Assembly (NCBI RefSeq): GCF_964204645.1
Contig: NC_134030.1
Coordinates: forward strand, 3,576,778 to 3,640,777
Source: Tubulanus polymorphus
Lineage: Eukaryota; Animalia; Nemertea
DNA length: 64,000 nucleotides
Direction: 5' to 3'
The notes under the pieces are model-generated. The model was given only the letters and a program-made list of their open reading frames with translations. It searched no databases and was not told where the DNA came from. Made by a program: the position numbers and the translations under genes. How positions within the stretch are numbered: position 1 is the first letter of the stretch; the number at the start of each line of letters is the position of its first letter. Of this stretch, positions 38,127 through 52,199 are shown in pieces.

Positions 38127-41100
38127 GTAAGAGTTTTCGAAAGATCAATATTCAAAAGGTTTTGTTTATCGTGTGAGTGATATGCGCGTTGTGAAGAATC
38201 GATCTATTGTATTGGATTGTCGTCATGTGAGGGTTCTGAGTTTGGTGGTCCTCGAATTTACCCCCACTAATATCAATCAATTTACGTGTTCATTTAATCA
38301 GTATTTAGTTGGTGTTGTAAATTCTTGTTATGAGCTGGTGCAGTGGTGGTAGAATCGGGAAGCGTGGTATGCTTTGAAAGCAGCTGATTTGTGTTTATAA
38401 ACTCCAGTGCTGCACATGGCTCTGTACACTAGAGGCACCTATAATTTAAAGCGAATTTGAATTTTTTAGGCATTTCCAGTCATTCTGTGTCCTTACCCTT
38501 AAATATTCACTCTTTTTGTAAAATTAGAATTTTCAATGAGGGTTTTCAACCTAACTTCACTGATTCGGCTAGATCCTTAACCTACTCATTATCCTTCCAT
38601 TATAGTCTATAGGTCAGAGCTGACTTAACTAGGCCCTATTCGATTCAAATTTTATACCTTTTTGCTTCAAAATGAACTCAATGTTCTGATGACTCTTTTT
38701 GAGGCTACTTAGCCCAGTTAAGATATTTTTCCTGGAATTATAATTTGTTTGCTGTCTGTGATTGCGGTTAGTGCGTCAATAGTTCCGTTCGGATGAGCAC
38801 AGTTAAATACGTTCTGGTCACGACCCCGAACAGTTTGGATGAAAATCTTTTAGTTCAGCATCAAAATGTTAATTGCAAAATTTCTAGCTTATATGAATAC
38901 ATTAGATTCGCTTGAACAAATTGTTGAATTCTTTTTTTGCATTAGTGTTAGTTTACACTTTGCACTCAGTGGCCACGATGTTGGACACTTGGATATATAT
39001 CTTAAATTCCAGCTTTGTGGACAACATTCAGGACAATAGTTTTGTATCAAATCTTATCAGACCTTGTATCACTTAGATATTTTGACTATTGAACTTTTAG
39101 GCCAATGTAAAACCCCTATTTGATAACGTATCCCTCTAGGTAGCAAAGTTCTCTATAATGTCAAAATTGAAGAGGTTAGGCCTATTTTAGACTGGTAGGC
39201 TTCTGTATGAACTATGCACATTCTGACTAGATTAATACTTGATTTGATTAATGAGAGATGGAGAGAGAGAGCTATAGATATCATATTCATTTGTTTGTAA
39301 TCGTTTGATAGGACTTACTTTCCTGTACCTATTATTGATTATTGGTTTCGTTTGGGAGTTTTTAAAAAATCAATACACAATATTGCATTTGTTCTTCAGC
39401 TCGCAATTGCAACGACTCAAAATTGATTGAATAGCGTTGCTCAAACAGGGAGGGTCGAGATCCTGGGCTACAAGTCACCCAGTCCGCTTGTACACACCCA
39501 CTCAAACAGGGACATCGTATATTAAGCAGTTTGTTCAGACTTGATATCGAGAGTTTAGTACGAGCCCCGTTTATCAACAAAATGGCTGCCACTAGACGAA
39601 GGCTAGACGACTTAGCCAATTGATTTCACACTGACACTGGCTGTAAATATGTAACGAATATCGCCAGCTGCTCGGAGGTCTCTCCCGTTTAGAATTATTG
39701 TTACGGATCATTCATGATTTGATTGAATGCAGAGATAACATATTTTTATTTTCCACTGCAATATTATTATTATGTTTTCCATCTATTGGCGTCTAGATGA
39801 TTTATTTCATGGGTTGATGCTTGGGTTTTTTCGATGTTGTAAAAATCTCAGTCGTTCAGTATTTCATACAGCTCTTGTTATTATACATTAAACTGTGACC
39901 TGGTTCAACGGTTCTGACTTCCATTTTTATTTGAATTTTTAATATGATAATTTAACTCAAAACCTAAGTCAATTTCTAACCTAAAACTGGTGGTGGAACT
40001 GAGTCGATAAATTAAGTGTATCTCCCGAAAACCATCTGCATCAATGAATTTATTTATTACTGGTTTTTGCTTCTATGGATTTAAGTAGAAATTGTGCTAT
40101 TTTCTCTTAAATTATCAATAATTTTCCCATCAAGGATTGTATACTGGCCTGGAAACGTGAATTTATGCAGTTTTGTTGAATTTTTTTTAGAAATTTATAA
40201 ATCATATTAGTCGATGTAAACCTTATATTTACGATGCCACGTGTGGCTCTTCGCAACAGAACGACTGGGAATCATAATGACAGTGGAACAATTTTTGCAC
40301 GTACCATTTCGAACCGCTCTGAATCGAAACGCCTTCTAACTGAAAGTTGATTGACATTTTATTGATTCGCTATGTGATTTCGCTTCAATGGATGATGATA
40401 CATTCTGGTGAAACTCGGTACAAAAAATACAATTGAAAGTTCGCTCAATTCGTTGAACTTCAGAGGTAGAAGTCAATTGTTTGAATGATTTTTAGTTAGA
40501 TGTTTAAATGTAGGCCTAGCAGCTTCACCGTCATACTGCCCGTGGTCAGTGAAAATTCTGGAAAGTCATGGAAATCAAAAAACTAGTTTACTTTTCCAGG
40601 TCTTTGAAAGTCAGGGAATTTTCAGGTCTTTAGCGCTCGAGTCATGTTTTATCGTTTTGACGAATAAATTTTCGTAGCGCGGTTATAAAAACTAAACCAT
40701 TGTGTTTTTTTTTTTTCATTCTAAAACTACAATTTGAAATAAATCAACGTAGTCGTTTATAAAAAGAAATTCATCTCAATCTGGATTTGAAAGCCGAGAC
40801 ATATGGAGACGCTCCATCCCAAATTCAGTAGAGCCAAATTATGAAACGACCTCCTTCCAATAATCTCATATAGGCCTAATACATTTTTATCAGCGCTGAC
40901 AATCATTTTGCGCGAGTTGAAATTCACTAGTAATCTGCAAAGTCGCATAATTTTGTAGTTTAGTGTCAGGACATGGCATGCAAACTTACGAAAAGAGGGT
41001 CGTGGAAAGACATTGGTTTTGATGCATTGTTTGAATTCTTTCCATATATTCTTTGACGGGATAAAACAATGCCGTGATTATTATTAGTACTTTCTAAACG

Positions 41101-43249
41101 GTGTCTAGGTGAAGTAAATTCTGTTTCCATGGTTACTGTCTATCCGGTTGTTTCTGGTCTAGCCGGGATACTACGCAGTTCAGCGAGATAGATTTCTCGA
41201 CAATCTTAAAGCGGGGTGCTAACGTAAACTTCAAGAGAAGTTTAGGAGGAATAAGCAATGGAAAAAATGACGCGCGAGTAGACGCCCGCTAAAACCTGAT
41301 TAATGCGTGTTCGTTGCTTTACAGGGGTATTAAAAAGAATATATGAAACACCTGACACGCGACACTTAAAACTAACATTCATTTGTTTGAGTAGTTTTTT
41401 CTTGCGTCATATTTTATATCGTTATCGGTGGAAATCGTGTTTAACAGGCGTTCCTGATGATAATAGTAAGCTGTTGTAGGCTCGAGTGTCGGTTAGTTCC
41501 GGGACACTTGGAATTGAATTTGACTTAATATTCACCGCAAGAGAGTTAATATGTATGAGGGTTTAGGATGAGGTCCTTTTTATATGATACGCATTTATGT
41601 ATTGAATACATCAATTAAGACCTTGGGCCGGTTCTGGGTATTTATGACATAATCACGACTGGATTTCATTGTCAATGAATCGAACCAACAAAATTATCAC
41701 GATATAATATTAGACAATACATATTGAGCGTTGATAATGGTGAAAAGGTCGGCTTTGTATTGAATAAGAAGCTAGCTGCTGTATTGACGTCTTGGATATT
41801 GTGGGATCCACTGATCGTTCCGTGGATTTTGTTTGTTAGTACATTAACGCATAGAACGATATAATGGAAACGAGGCTTCTGACCTAGAATCTCTTCCTCC
41901 TTGAATTTAACATATGTCGTGGCAATAATCAACAAACACAGCTGTTAACGGCCGTTTGATTGGTCGACTCGTCGAGATCCCAGGAGACTGTCTGGTCGAC
42001 GGCCAATCGTAACGAGCGTAACATAACGAATACAGGTTAGGAGTGTATGCTAGTTCAATGGGCATGGCAGCTAAATATTGCGTCAAATTGCTGGTATACG
42101 GGATACTTATAGAATATTGATATCGATGGCTCTCATAACCGGTTGATGGTACAGTTGAAGTTTATGTCGTGTGTTTTGTATTTTCGTGTTTAGCCCTAGT
42201 AGTTATCTCGTCGCGTCGTGTTCGACGGTGCTAGATAATTTATGCCAGCGAGATCAGCTGTGCATCGCGGGGCTGTGTGCGTTGAATGTGTGAAAGTCAT
42301 GGCTGCCGTATTGTGCATAACATACAACAACGCTGATCATACGGAACCATCGTCGTTCGGTAGTAGATTCGGGATTTATACGGGACGTATTTAACTAACG
42401 CGAATTTAGAAGACAACTGAATTAATATCAACTCAACACAAGTTCATCTCTGTCGTCATTCACGCCGGATTATACGGATATTTTGTCTGTTATGTATTTT
42501 TAGCCGGACGTGTGTATTCCACGTCTGTTGTATGGCGTACGTACATTTCCTCTAGACGGTTTAAAATGCCGTGTATACGAATTCGTTCTCCATCAAACGA
42601 CGACGGCAGGAGAAAGTCTCAGTTCATCATTAATATACGCTGGCGTTCCGGGTTAAACACAATTCATTGTTATTGTTATTATGATTAGTCATCGGTCGAA
42701 TCTAGTCATTTCAAAGTAAGAACGTCTTAGTCATTTGGGGGGCAGCTGTTCGTATGTATAGATCATATGTAATTTATATTCACACGAAGAGAAGGTTAAT
42801 ATTATCATTATCATCGCAGTCATCGCGGGCGGAGATATAGACGAGGCTCGAGTCATTTTATATATGTAGCTGTCGTCTGCGCAATACAGCGATACAATAA
42901 TAAGTTGTTCGAGCAGTGATCTACAGTTGGTTTTGAAGGTCGCGAAGGTAGGCCGTAGCCTCGTAGAATTATGACGACGACATCGCTGATATGGAACTAG
43001 AGTAAAGATGAAGTTGACTCGGAAGTATAAATCGAACCAGCGATCTCGTAGCGAATTCTTCACGCGGTTGTCGGATTATAAACCCGCGTTCGTTTCGACT
43101 TAACACGGAATAGTCAGAGTTTCGGAATCCGACGGACGGACGGTTCGTTTGTGTGGTTCGTTAACGTTAATGAGACCGGGATTAATTAATAATAACGATA
43201 GTTATAGTAGTCGTAGGCATAGAACGCTCGAACACTCTACGCGACTGTA

Positions 43250-43394
43250 ATGTCGATGATACGTATCTCGTCGTCTCCGCAGCATGATAAGTCGTACGAT
43301 AAGTCATTTCGTAAGTCACGCAGTAACCAGTGTGAACCGTATATGATGAGGAATACGTTCATCGATGAGAAGGGTAAACCCGTGCTGATTAACG
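43250..43394 (+). CDS. DYRK1A: Candidate alternative first coding exon of DYRK1A (MSMIRISSSPQ...KPVLIN-G)
   Basis: 48 open codons plus 1 nt, strong donor ACG|GTAAGT, phase 1 matching acceptor 57815. Lies at the end of a ~1.2-kb CpG-rich block with CCAAT boxes at ~41960/42003. Confidence 0.6.
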
Positions 43395-43778
43395 GTAAGT
43401 ATCACCGATAATTCCCGGTTTTATTTTCCCCTGCTGGCAACTCTGACTTCTTGAAAAGCGGGAAGATGTCGAGGAATTTTTAATAGCTGGTTGTTTTTGC
43501 TGATGACGAGGAGCCCGATGAACCTCGAACAGCCCGATGAACCTCGAACAGCCCCCACTGAGGATATCTTATATTTCATTCAGGAAATTTTTGGTCAGGA
43601 AAATACGAGGGAATGTTGGATTCCCTAGTGAGAACTCATAGACAATTCGCATCATGACAAGCATAGACATACGTGTTATCATTCTTGGCTGAAAAGTTGT
43701 TTACAGTTATTTTAGATAGATACTAGGCTTATGATGTAAATTGTTTATCTACCAATTCTCACTCAACCTACTTTTGAG

Positions 43779-43869
43779 GACTGTCCCCAGGATGAGCGAC
43801 TGACCCCAGGATGAGCGACTGTCCCCAGGATGAGCGACTGTCCCCAGGATGAGCGACTGACCCCAGGAT
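43779..43869. repeat. 19-bp minisatellite GACTG(T/A)CCCCAGGATGAGC x4.8
   Basis: Direct reading; units are contiguous with no spacers. Confidence 0.95.
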
Positions 43870-44566
43870 AATATTGAATAACTCTTAGTACCTAGTACTT
43901 AGTTGTATCGTAATACAGTCATTTCATCGGGCTCAGTAGCCACTCCATTTCATAGTAGCAGCAACTTAAGTCGCTGCTATAGTTTGTCTAGTCAGTACAA
44001 ATTTGTTGATGAATCGGGAATCAGTTTTGCTGTTCTCGAATAAGTTTGACTTATTCAACATGTTTACGCTGGATGATTCTACAGCAAAATGGATGAATGG
44101 TTGACGTATTCGGTACTCATGAGATTGAACGAATGTTTCTTCATTGTTGTTATTCACCTCGTAGAGGTGAAGTCATGATTTCTCATTTTAAAAATAGAAA
44201 ACAATAATAAATCTAAAGTCCGTTAGTAATGGGATTGCCTGGGTACTGATAAACCCTGCTTATCGCGTGGCGTGTGTGTGTACGGTACCCGGTAGTGGTT
44301 GTTTATCAGTAAACTTTTAGCCTTCTATGTAAAGTGCCCACATACGATTAGTCAATTAAACAGTTCAAAGGATAGTTATCTGTTGATTTTGTCAAGTGAG
44401 AAGGTGAAACGCTGCTTTGATGTGTATGAGATTAACACGTTTGATCGAGTTCCGATCATTTTTAGTGTTCATACTACGTTATTTGACCTAGCGAATACTC
44501 GGTTCAAAATTTTGGAACGGACCACTTCTTTGCGCGAATAGCAGCTTTACGGCGTTGGTTATAGTT

Positions 44567-44660
44567 GGACCAGTGATAACGGCTGAACGTGTGAATACAC
44601 TGCATTGATTTGGTCCGTTCTAAATTGGTCGTACCAGGTATGAACTGACCTAGAATGGAC
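44567..44660. mobile_element. Fragment of a dispersed repeat family, with other copies at ~49908-50130, ~51770-52030 and ~54771-54857
   Basis: Shared GGACCAGTGATA...TGTGAA.(A/G)CACTGCATTGATTTGGTC...TTCTAAATTG. An AGCTGCGTTCACAC end at 49908 suggests a Harbinger-type MITE. Confidence 0.55.
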
Positions 44661-45815
44661 TGACTAGCAGCTATAGTTATAGGTGATTGCGGCTTATGTG
44701 AAATAATAGAATTTCATCAAAATCAATCTCTCTGCCATAGATCTCCTTACATATGTCTTATACGGAATCAATTGAGATGACGAGTGTAGCCTACATTATA
44801 TCAGTTGAACTGAATGAAATATTCACTCTTCCTATCTCACCTTGACCCACTGAGTACGTTAGTCGTTAGCCGTCTTTTTTGTTGCCCTATCAACAGAACG
44901 ATGTCACTTATATTTGTGTTTGTCAGCAGTTTATGACGGTTGATGATCTTTATTGTGGTATAAAAGTTTGAATTGTCGCTATGTGCGTGAGTTTGCATTC
45001 ATCCGTAGGACTTAGTACTAATTATGTCAGTTTGCTTGCCACCCAGCTATAGTAACAGCGACCTGTCCGAAGGACAAATCAGAATTCAGATTTGAGCGTT
45101 TAGTTTTTTTCCCAGCCCGAGTGGAGATTGTCATTTAGTTAATTTCGTGATTTGAATCATGTTAATTGATGGTTTACGTGTGGCACACCTGTGCCGTTTA
45201 ATCAATTTCTATACACTATTGAAGCATTTAATGAAATCATGGATGATTTATGATGTGCTATTAAATATAGTCTAATCGTTTCATATATAGTAGTAAAACA
45301 TAGTCATCCTAGTTAACACAGTAGGCATCGAGGGTCGGGATAGCTTATAGTCTAGATGAATTTAGTTTCATTAGTTACCAGGGCAGTTTCCTAGCTGGTG
45401 ACCTTCTAGAACGTAGGACTATGGAAACGGTACGCGTTCAACAAGCCCAGGCTACATGTATATCGTACACACACTAAGGAAAAATTTGTTTACCACTTGG
45501 AATATATGAAAATTAATTTTCATTTTAATCAGCTAATAGTCCGATGAATTCAGACTCGCACGTTTCCAGGGTAGTTTTCTAGCTCGGTCGTAACGTGAAC
45601 TTCGTGACTTAACGAAATACAAAGGATAGGGTACACATTATTCATCAAGGCGATATGTATATCATGTATACTTAGAGAAAAGCTCGTTTTAAAATTTGGA
45701 ATATATGAAAATTAATTTTCTTTTTATCGTGGCAAGGTTGTGTACTTTGTGTACGTATATGGCACAGATGGTTACATGAGAACACCTTCAACTCCACTGA
45801 CGCTTTATACTCTGT

Positions 45816-45868
45816 CTTCTCTCCTCTCTCTCTCTCCTCTCTCTCTCCTCTCTCCTCTCTCTTTCTCT
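45816..45868. repeat. CT-rich microsatellite
   Basis: Imperfect (CT)n tract. Confidence 0.85.
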
Positions 45869-47451
45869 AGGGTATTTTTGCACAATGCATGTAGGCCTAT
45901 AGGCCTTGATATTATTATTAAAAGGAATGAGTCTATTAATAGATTGAACACATGACTACATTCATGGAATTCATCAGCTGATTTCTGTTTATGTACTTAA
46001 TGTACTAAATCACTGCTGGAATATTCACAGCGCTAAACAATGGCTGTTTTGAATAACTCGTTGTCTTGAACATTTAGGTGTCTTTTACTAATACCTCTGT
46101 ATGGCTAGGACAGTTTATGGAATTCATAAAATCAGGAATATCAAATTGACGAGAATTGAAAAATCATGTAAGTTTAATGTTAAAATGAAATTACCGCCCG
46201 AAATTATAGGTTTTCGTGCTATTGACGTTGGCAGAAAAATCGTTTGAAAAATGTGGTTGCTAACCAGGTCGAGATGATCGGTTCTATACTTACATATTAA
46301 TCTCATTCTATCAGTCGACCTCCTGCATAGAAATATGTACTGAGGGCAGGTGCAGAATTATTCTTACTCTCCACGCGCCGTGCCGCGCACGTTCCAGGTT
46401 AAAGATGGAGTATTCCTTCATCAAACAACTATTGCTTAGTGGAAAATTATACACCTCAAACATCAGTCGTTCAGACCCATTCACCAGACTGGTTTCCCTG
46501 TATCACTATTTTCAACATTCTCTTTCTATTTTCCTTTATTTTTTAACGCATTTCATATTCAAAATTACTTTATTAGACCCCAATATTAACAGCGCATATT
46601 ATTGGTTAACACAATAAAGTTTAGAATGAAAAACAAATATCATCAAAGAATGTACAAACGGAAATGCATAATTGAACTTGAGAAGTATTGAGCAACGTAG
46701 ATTTAACAAAACAAGGAAGTACATTTTAGATTTATGAATAACAGTTGCAATAAACTTGAGAGATTTTTAAGTGAACATATTTATACAGATAACAAAACTA
46801 GGAAGTATTCTTTATAGATTTTTTTTGTACAGATACAAGATTATTTAGAAGATCACTTACAATATTGGATAGACTCCAAGGAATACTCTGCTGAGATCTA
46901 AGCGAATGCATGAGATAATAATGAAGTGTGAATTGTGCTCGATATATAGGACATCTTTGATCAGGACTCGTTTATTAATTAGTGTAAGAGATATAGGCCC
47001 AGGGACTGTCACTAGTAACTAGTCATTTAAAATGACAAACAAATCTTTTAATTAGTGTCTCTTGCTGTGTGAAGATTTCAATAGATTGAGTAGTGATGTG
47101 CATGCATGCATGCATGCACAGACGAAGTAGGTTAATTATTAAGTGCTCTGGTATTGTGTATAGAGGGTGTACAAGCGTTGATATGATATAACATTCCGTT
47201 GTCTATTTTGCTCACATTCCTCTAGTGTTATTCTAAATAGTGAGGACAGGCGAACTATACGAGTATAGGGCGTGTGTGCATACATCATTAACTAGGAGGA
47301 TCGTTTTAAGAATTCCGGATCTTCTGACAGCGCTGTTGCGTTTGGTAGCAATGTCTGATTGACTCGTTTATACCTATAGCATTCAGTGAAAGATCAAACG
47401 CTTGAAAATTGATAGGGTTAGAATCTTGACTTCGATCCAGTAGTGTCACCG

Positions 47452-47599
47452 ATGGTTGGACGGATATATCATCGGCGCGGTGTTCACGAGGAACGACCTC
47501 GACTATCGGCCGATGATCGTCGGGATTTTCCCGATGAATTTGTCGTAGCTAATCGACTCATGTGGTTCCCGAGCGTTCCGGGCATCACTCGTTCATACG
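47452..47599 (+). CDS. DYRK1A: Candidate alternative first (or cassette) coding exon of DYRK1A (MVGRIYHRRG...GITRSY-G)
   Basis: 49 open codons plus 1 nt, forming a CpG-rich island in AT-rich intron that ends exactly at donor ACG|GTAATG, phase 1. Inr-like TCAGT at ~47383. A weak CAGTAG acceptor at 47440/47443 would also be phase 1. Confidence 0.5.
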
Positions 47600-50500
47600 G
47601 TAATGTTTTAAATACTTATTTATTTCTTTAATTCTGATGAATTTACCTTTGAAGAAACATCCGTAGAATCGAACCAAAATTCATCAGCTGTTCAACTAGG
47701 AATTTCTTTAATATTCCAAGTTTATTTGTCAGAAGATGAGTGTATAAGCTGATCTGACTGACCTGATGAAAGTCTATAGGTTTGGTCGGGATGGATCACT
47801 TTTCAACATCTTGTTGCTAACGTAACTTATAGATGAAGATGAGAGCAAGTTCTCAGTTAACCTTACAAATAGTTTATAAACATTCATTGAACGGTGTGTT
47901 TTTAAAGTATTCGAAGCCAATCCTCTTTACATAAGAGGTTCAAGACTGTGGACATACCTTCTAAACCACGAGGTTATGTATACACGTATACTTGATGCTA
48001 GGATTGGAAAAATATCGAAATCCTCTCAACTCAGGTTTAAGAGTATGAGGTTCAAGGCTGATGGTTAACTACGAGGTCGCGCTTGATGCTAGGATTGGTA
48101 ATATTGGTTAATGTTGTAATATTAGTGTTTAACTATACTCTGTATAGAGGTTCATAGGGTTCCCGAGGTGGATTGGCCCAGTGACCCATAAAAATAAATT
48201 ACTTCTTATAGATTAGCGGTTATAAAACCTAGAACTGGGTCAGAAAGAAAATTTTCCATTAGATTTGATTAGAAAACTGACAACGATTCAGGTCGAGTCG
48301 TCCTGTAAAATCCACTCCTGTACGAAGCTGAATAAACAGTCATTTATTTTTCCCGATGGCGGATATTTGAAATGGGAGCAGCGGAAAACTCGCTGACCAC
48401 ACCCTATTGATGATGTTCCATTTTGAGATATGAAGTTATCAGTATGTTATCGTTCTGGGCGCATTCTTTCACGAAAAAATCAATAAAAAACTAGTTTCTG
48501 GTCCCTTCATCTTCGCCCACATCATAGTTTTGCCAGATATAGAATTTCTTTAATAACTAAAACTGGGCCGATTTTATGGCCTCAATTGTTATTGCTGTCG
48601 ATGTGAGTTCGGGAATTATAGTAGAAAAATCAAAGTCAAGTGAATAGGACTCAAAATGGTTGAATTGAAGAAGCCTTGAATGAAACCAATCAGGTTGGAA
48701 GTTATCAAAACTGTCGATCCTGACGGATGTTTATATCGTGAGAATCACTAATTTGTCAGATTGAATGAAGAATAGCTGGTTATCGATTTTATTCTCTAGA
48801 CTCATCACGTTCATATTTACAGTATATTTAGCGTCTATTGGTCTATCAATATTCGTTTTCTTAATTCTGTATAGAAACTTATTTCTTCTCTCTTCGCATT
48901 GTCTCTTTCTCTCAACTTTAATCACTGTTAATATACCTACATCATCGACAGTTGCTAAATATAGACAAATAAAACATATCTTAACAACTGTCTGGCTGCT
49001 GAGATATTTATAACCGGTGCATAGGTAAGCCCTACTTCACATGCATGTTGTTATAAAAAGATCCCGATGCTTTAGGTCAGCTTTGTTTTTTTCGCGCAGT
49101 TTCCTTCCGGGATCTATATTTAGTATCTGTTCATCAGGTGAATGAAATAACTGAGCCGTTATTGCCCCCCATTACATTGACCATGTTGTTGATGACTTGC
49201 CCTCCGGTCTAGTGCTTTAGAGTCTTTAAGGTGGAGACTGAAAACTTAAAAGCGTTTACAATATTAAGCTTATTTCCTAATACCACAAACCTTTTGTTTT
49301 GTGTCAATAAACTGTTTCTACTCATGAGATTTGTATTGCTGTAAATGTTATGAACTTGGTATTAAGCTGTTAGATGGCACTGAAATGCGTTTGGACCGGT
49401 TTTAGATAGCCTGGGTTGTACACTGCCCCCCAGGGCCCGGTAACAGTCATAGCGGCTCTGATTATTGTATATGACATAATACGTCATCGAGCTCGATGTG
49501 CTTTATTTTACTGAAGTCAAGAAGTCGCAGTTGACATCAATGTAATAATAACTCAATGCGAGAAAAATGTTGTTCTGAATCATATTAACAAATCGAGCTC
49601 ATAAAATCTTAAAAAAAAGTTTCCAAGTACAGTTTATGACAACTCAGGGTGATGTTGGGTAGTGGACAGAGTCCTGCAGTACAGTACAGTGCAGTACAGG
49701 GCGTGGTCACTGAACACCGATGCCAAGATGTCAGCAATAAGTAAAATGATTTCTGCAGATTTGCGTCCTCTGATCGGCTCATTCGGATTAAGAACCTCTT
49801 GTTCTATATCGCAATATAATACGCATATAATAGACATCTGTCAACAGTGGCGAACACTCCCTTAGCTTGTAATTATACAATAATTTTCTCTAACTGTTCG
49901 GTTTAATAGCTGCGTTCACACTACCTTATTGAGAACGTTCAGAATTTAGTCCACGGAAATTCTGTTCTGTCAATTTAGAACGATCAAACTCAGATCCGGC
50001 AAAAAGAATGAAAACATTGCTTTAACAGTCCTGTCAATATAACATTCGAGCATCTAGCTGGACCAGTGATAATAGCCGATTTAAAAACATGTATGAATGC
50101 GCAATCATCGATTTGGTCCGGTCGAAATTCGTCCATTGTCGGCTAAACCGAACTATCTACCGATATTTATAGGATGATTCTAATAAAAATTCACAAAAAA
50201 CTGTGTAAAGTGATAGCTGCGTCTTTGTACGGAGCGTGATGTGATTTTTATAGAGCGTTCCGATCGATGGATACTAATTGCGGGGCCTTTGCGGAATGAA
50301 TTTCTCGCGGGAGTTGTTTTACCGTGCGCAAGGTTGACTAAGTCCACGTAATGATTGTGTACCCGGTTTACCTGCCATAAAACGAAACGTTTTTCACACG
50401 CGTTTTCATTTACATATTAACGGCGATATTGAGAACGTTCAGTCCCGATGTTACGCATCAATGTCATTTGTCAACTTATAGTTGAATTCCTATCTGTTCA

Positions 50501-50793
50501 TTGCACCGAATTCAGCAAAATCCACAGAGTCTGAACAGTGGCTGAAGTCAACTTTCTCTCAAGATAGATTGATGTTTATCTGCCATGAATATACAATATA
50601 ATATTATAAAGAATAGAAAACGTTATAATTTTACAGATATGACAGGACTGTCTGTATGAAGAGCGACCCTTATAACAGGCTTCACCCAGTGCGTTCAGAA
50701 GATTAGTTAATATCTATTGTTATTATCAACCCTAAACTCAAATATTAAACGAGAATTCTGATGTTGATGTTGTTGATCACTGATGTTATGTAG

Positions 50794-51076
50794 CAGGGTT
50801 TCCAGCAGTCCTTCCAAGTCCTTCTTTGTCCTTATTTTGGAAAAAGTTGGTTATTCAATAAATAATCAGTAAGATTGAATCTTCAGGAAAGTGTTATGGA
50901 ATTACCCTGAAATATTCCGGCAAAGGCATTGCCAAAATGTTCCTCCCTTTCTGGGCCCTCATTTTACTGGAAAGCAAATCTTTCCGAGTCAAAAAGTCCC
51001 TCCTTTTGAGTCTAAAATTGCTGAAAAAGTCCTTCTTAGTTCTTTTTTTTCCCTGGCCTTACGACTGGAAACCCTG
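50794..51076. mobile_element. CAGGG-terminated MITE with 5-bp TSD (hAT5-like)
   Basis: TGTAG|CAGGGTTTCCAG ... CTGGAAACCCTG|TGTAG, with a perfect 12-bp TIR and repeated AGTCCTT/AGTCCCT motifs. Confidence 0.8.
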
Positions 51077-52199
51077 TGTAGGGAAAAGTGGCACGATGGA
51101 TTCATGCTTTAACTGCAATTCTGTATCAATCGGTTCAATATTTCCCCCCTATCATCATTCATATTTCAGTACTCGTTTCTAGCCAGGCATCTCGAGGGTT
51201 TCTAGATTTTCTTTGGAATACTTAAAAATCGAAAGATTGAACTAGATCCAAATATAATAACGAGAAAGAAACACAACATAGAATGATCTGGTATGCGGAG
51301 AAGATACTGTCTAGAACTGTTTATTGAGCGTTCGTGTATTGATATAAATTGAGTGTATTTATCATCATTCAGCTGCAGTCAGTCCCCGCACAGCTTCATT
51401 CATTAAAAACGTGCGTAACGGTTGCGTCTGATTGGTCAATCAGGCCGGTACCTCGACACGAGATGGTTCATTATTTCATTCATGCTCGCGCAGTGGGGAT
51501 GGGTTTTATGCTCTGTTCCATATTTGTGAATGAAAAACAACTCGCAGCTATCGATCAGTAAGGTTGCATCAGTGCGGATGCTGATGCTGGTGCCGATGCC
51601 GATGCAGTTGCTGGGAGTGCTGCGTTGACTACTCTGTATCTCCAGCTCACATCCAGTGACTGAGTTAGTCATGCTTTTACGATACTTCAAATTCTTGCGT
51701 TAATTTCACCTTTAAACCTCATGAAAATAAGCGACCAGTTTTCTGCCAAAATCTATGTTCTAAAATTGAGGCATACATTCACATTACGATGTTTAGAACG
51801 TTCTCGATTTAGTCGGTTCCGATCTAGAATGGACCAAGTATTCCCTTTAGCGAAAAGTCTGTTGTAGATGATATAAGGAATCAGTTCTTAGTGGACACCA
51901 ATTTAGACGTAGGTCCATTCTAGCCATTTCTCTTAGCATTAACTCTTGAGCATAGCATCTTATAAACTTTGCTTCTTAGCAGCTAGCTAGAGCAAAACTG
52001 TGTGTGAATGCACAATATCGGTCCATTCCTGGTACTGGCCAAAACATACCCGGACTTGCTAGCCTTGTGATGCTTTGTTGTCAAAGATGATTATGAATAC
52101 TGTCTGGGGTTCTATCAGATCACTGTTTACTGTACTGTACTGTATAATAGTCTGTTGCTAACAATGTTGTGTAACAAAGATTACATAGACAGGGGGCTG

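Noticed and set aside
43500-43555. Hammerhead-like CTGATGA-CGAGG...CCTCG-AAC
   Set aside because: The required GAAA is GAAC and I could not build stems I and III. The region is explained by a 19-bp tandem duplication.
43779-43869. CRISPR-like repeat array
   Set aside because: Units are contiguous 19-mers with no unique spacers, the context is a eukaryotic intron, and there are no cas genes.
51349-51561. Another DYRK1A first exon (donor TCA|GTAAGG)
   Set aside because: Its ORF meets the donor in phase 2, incompatible with acceptor 57815; it could only be non-coding.
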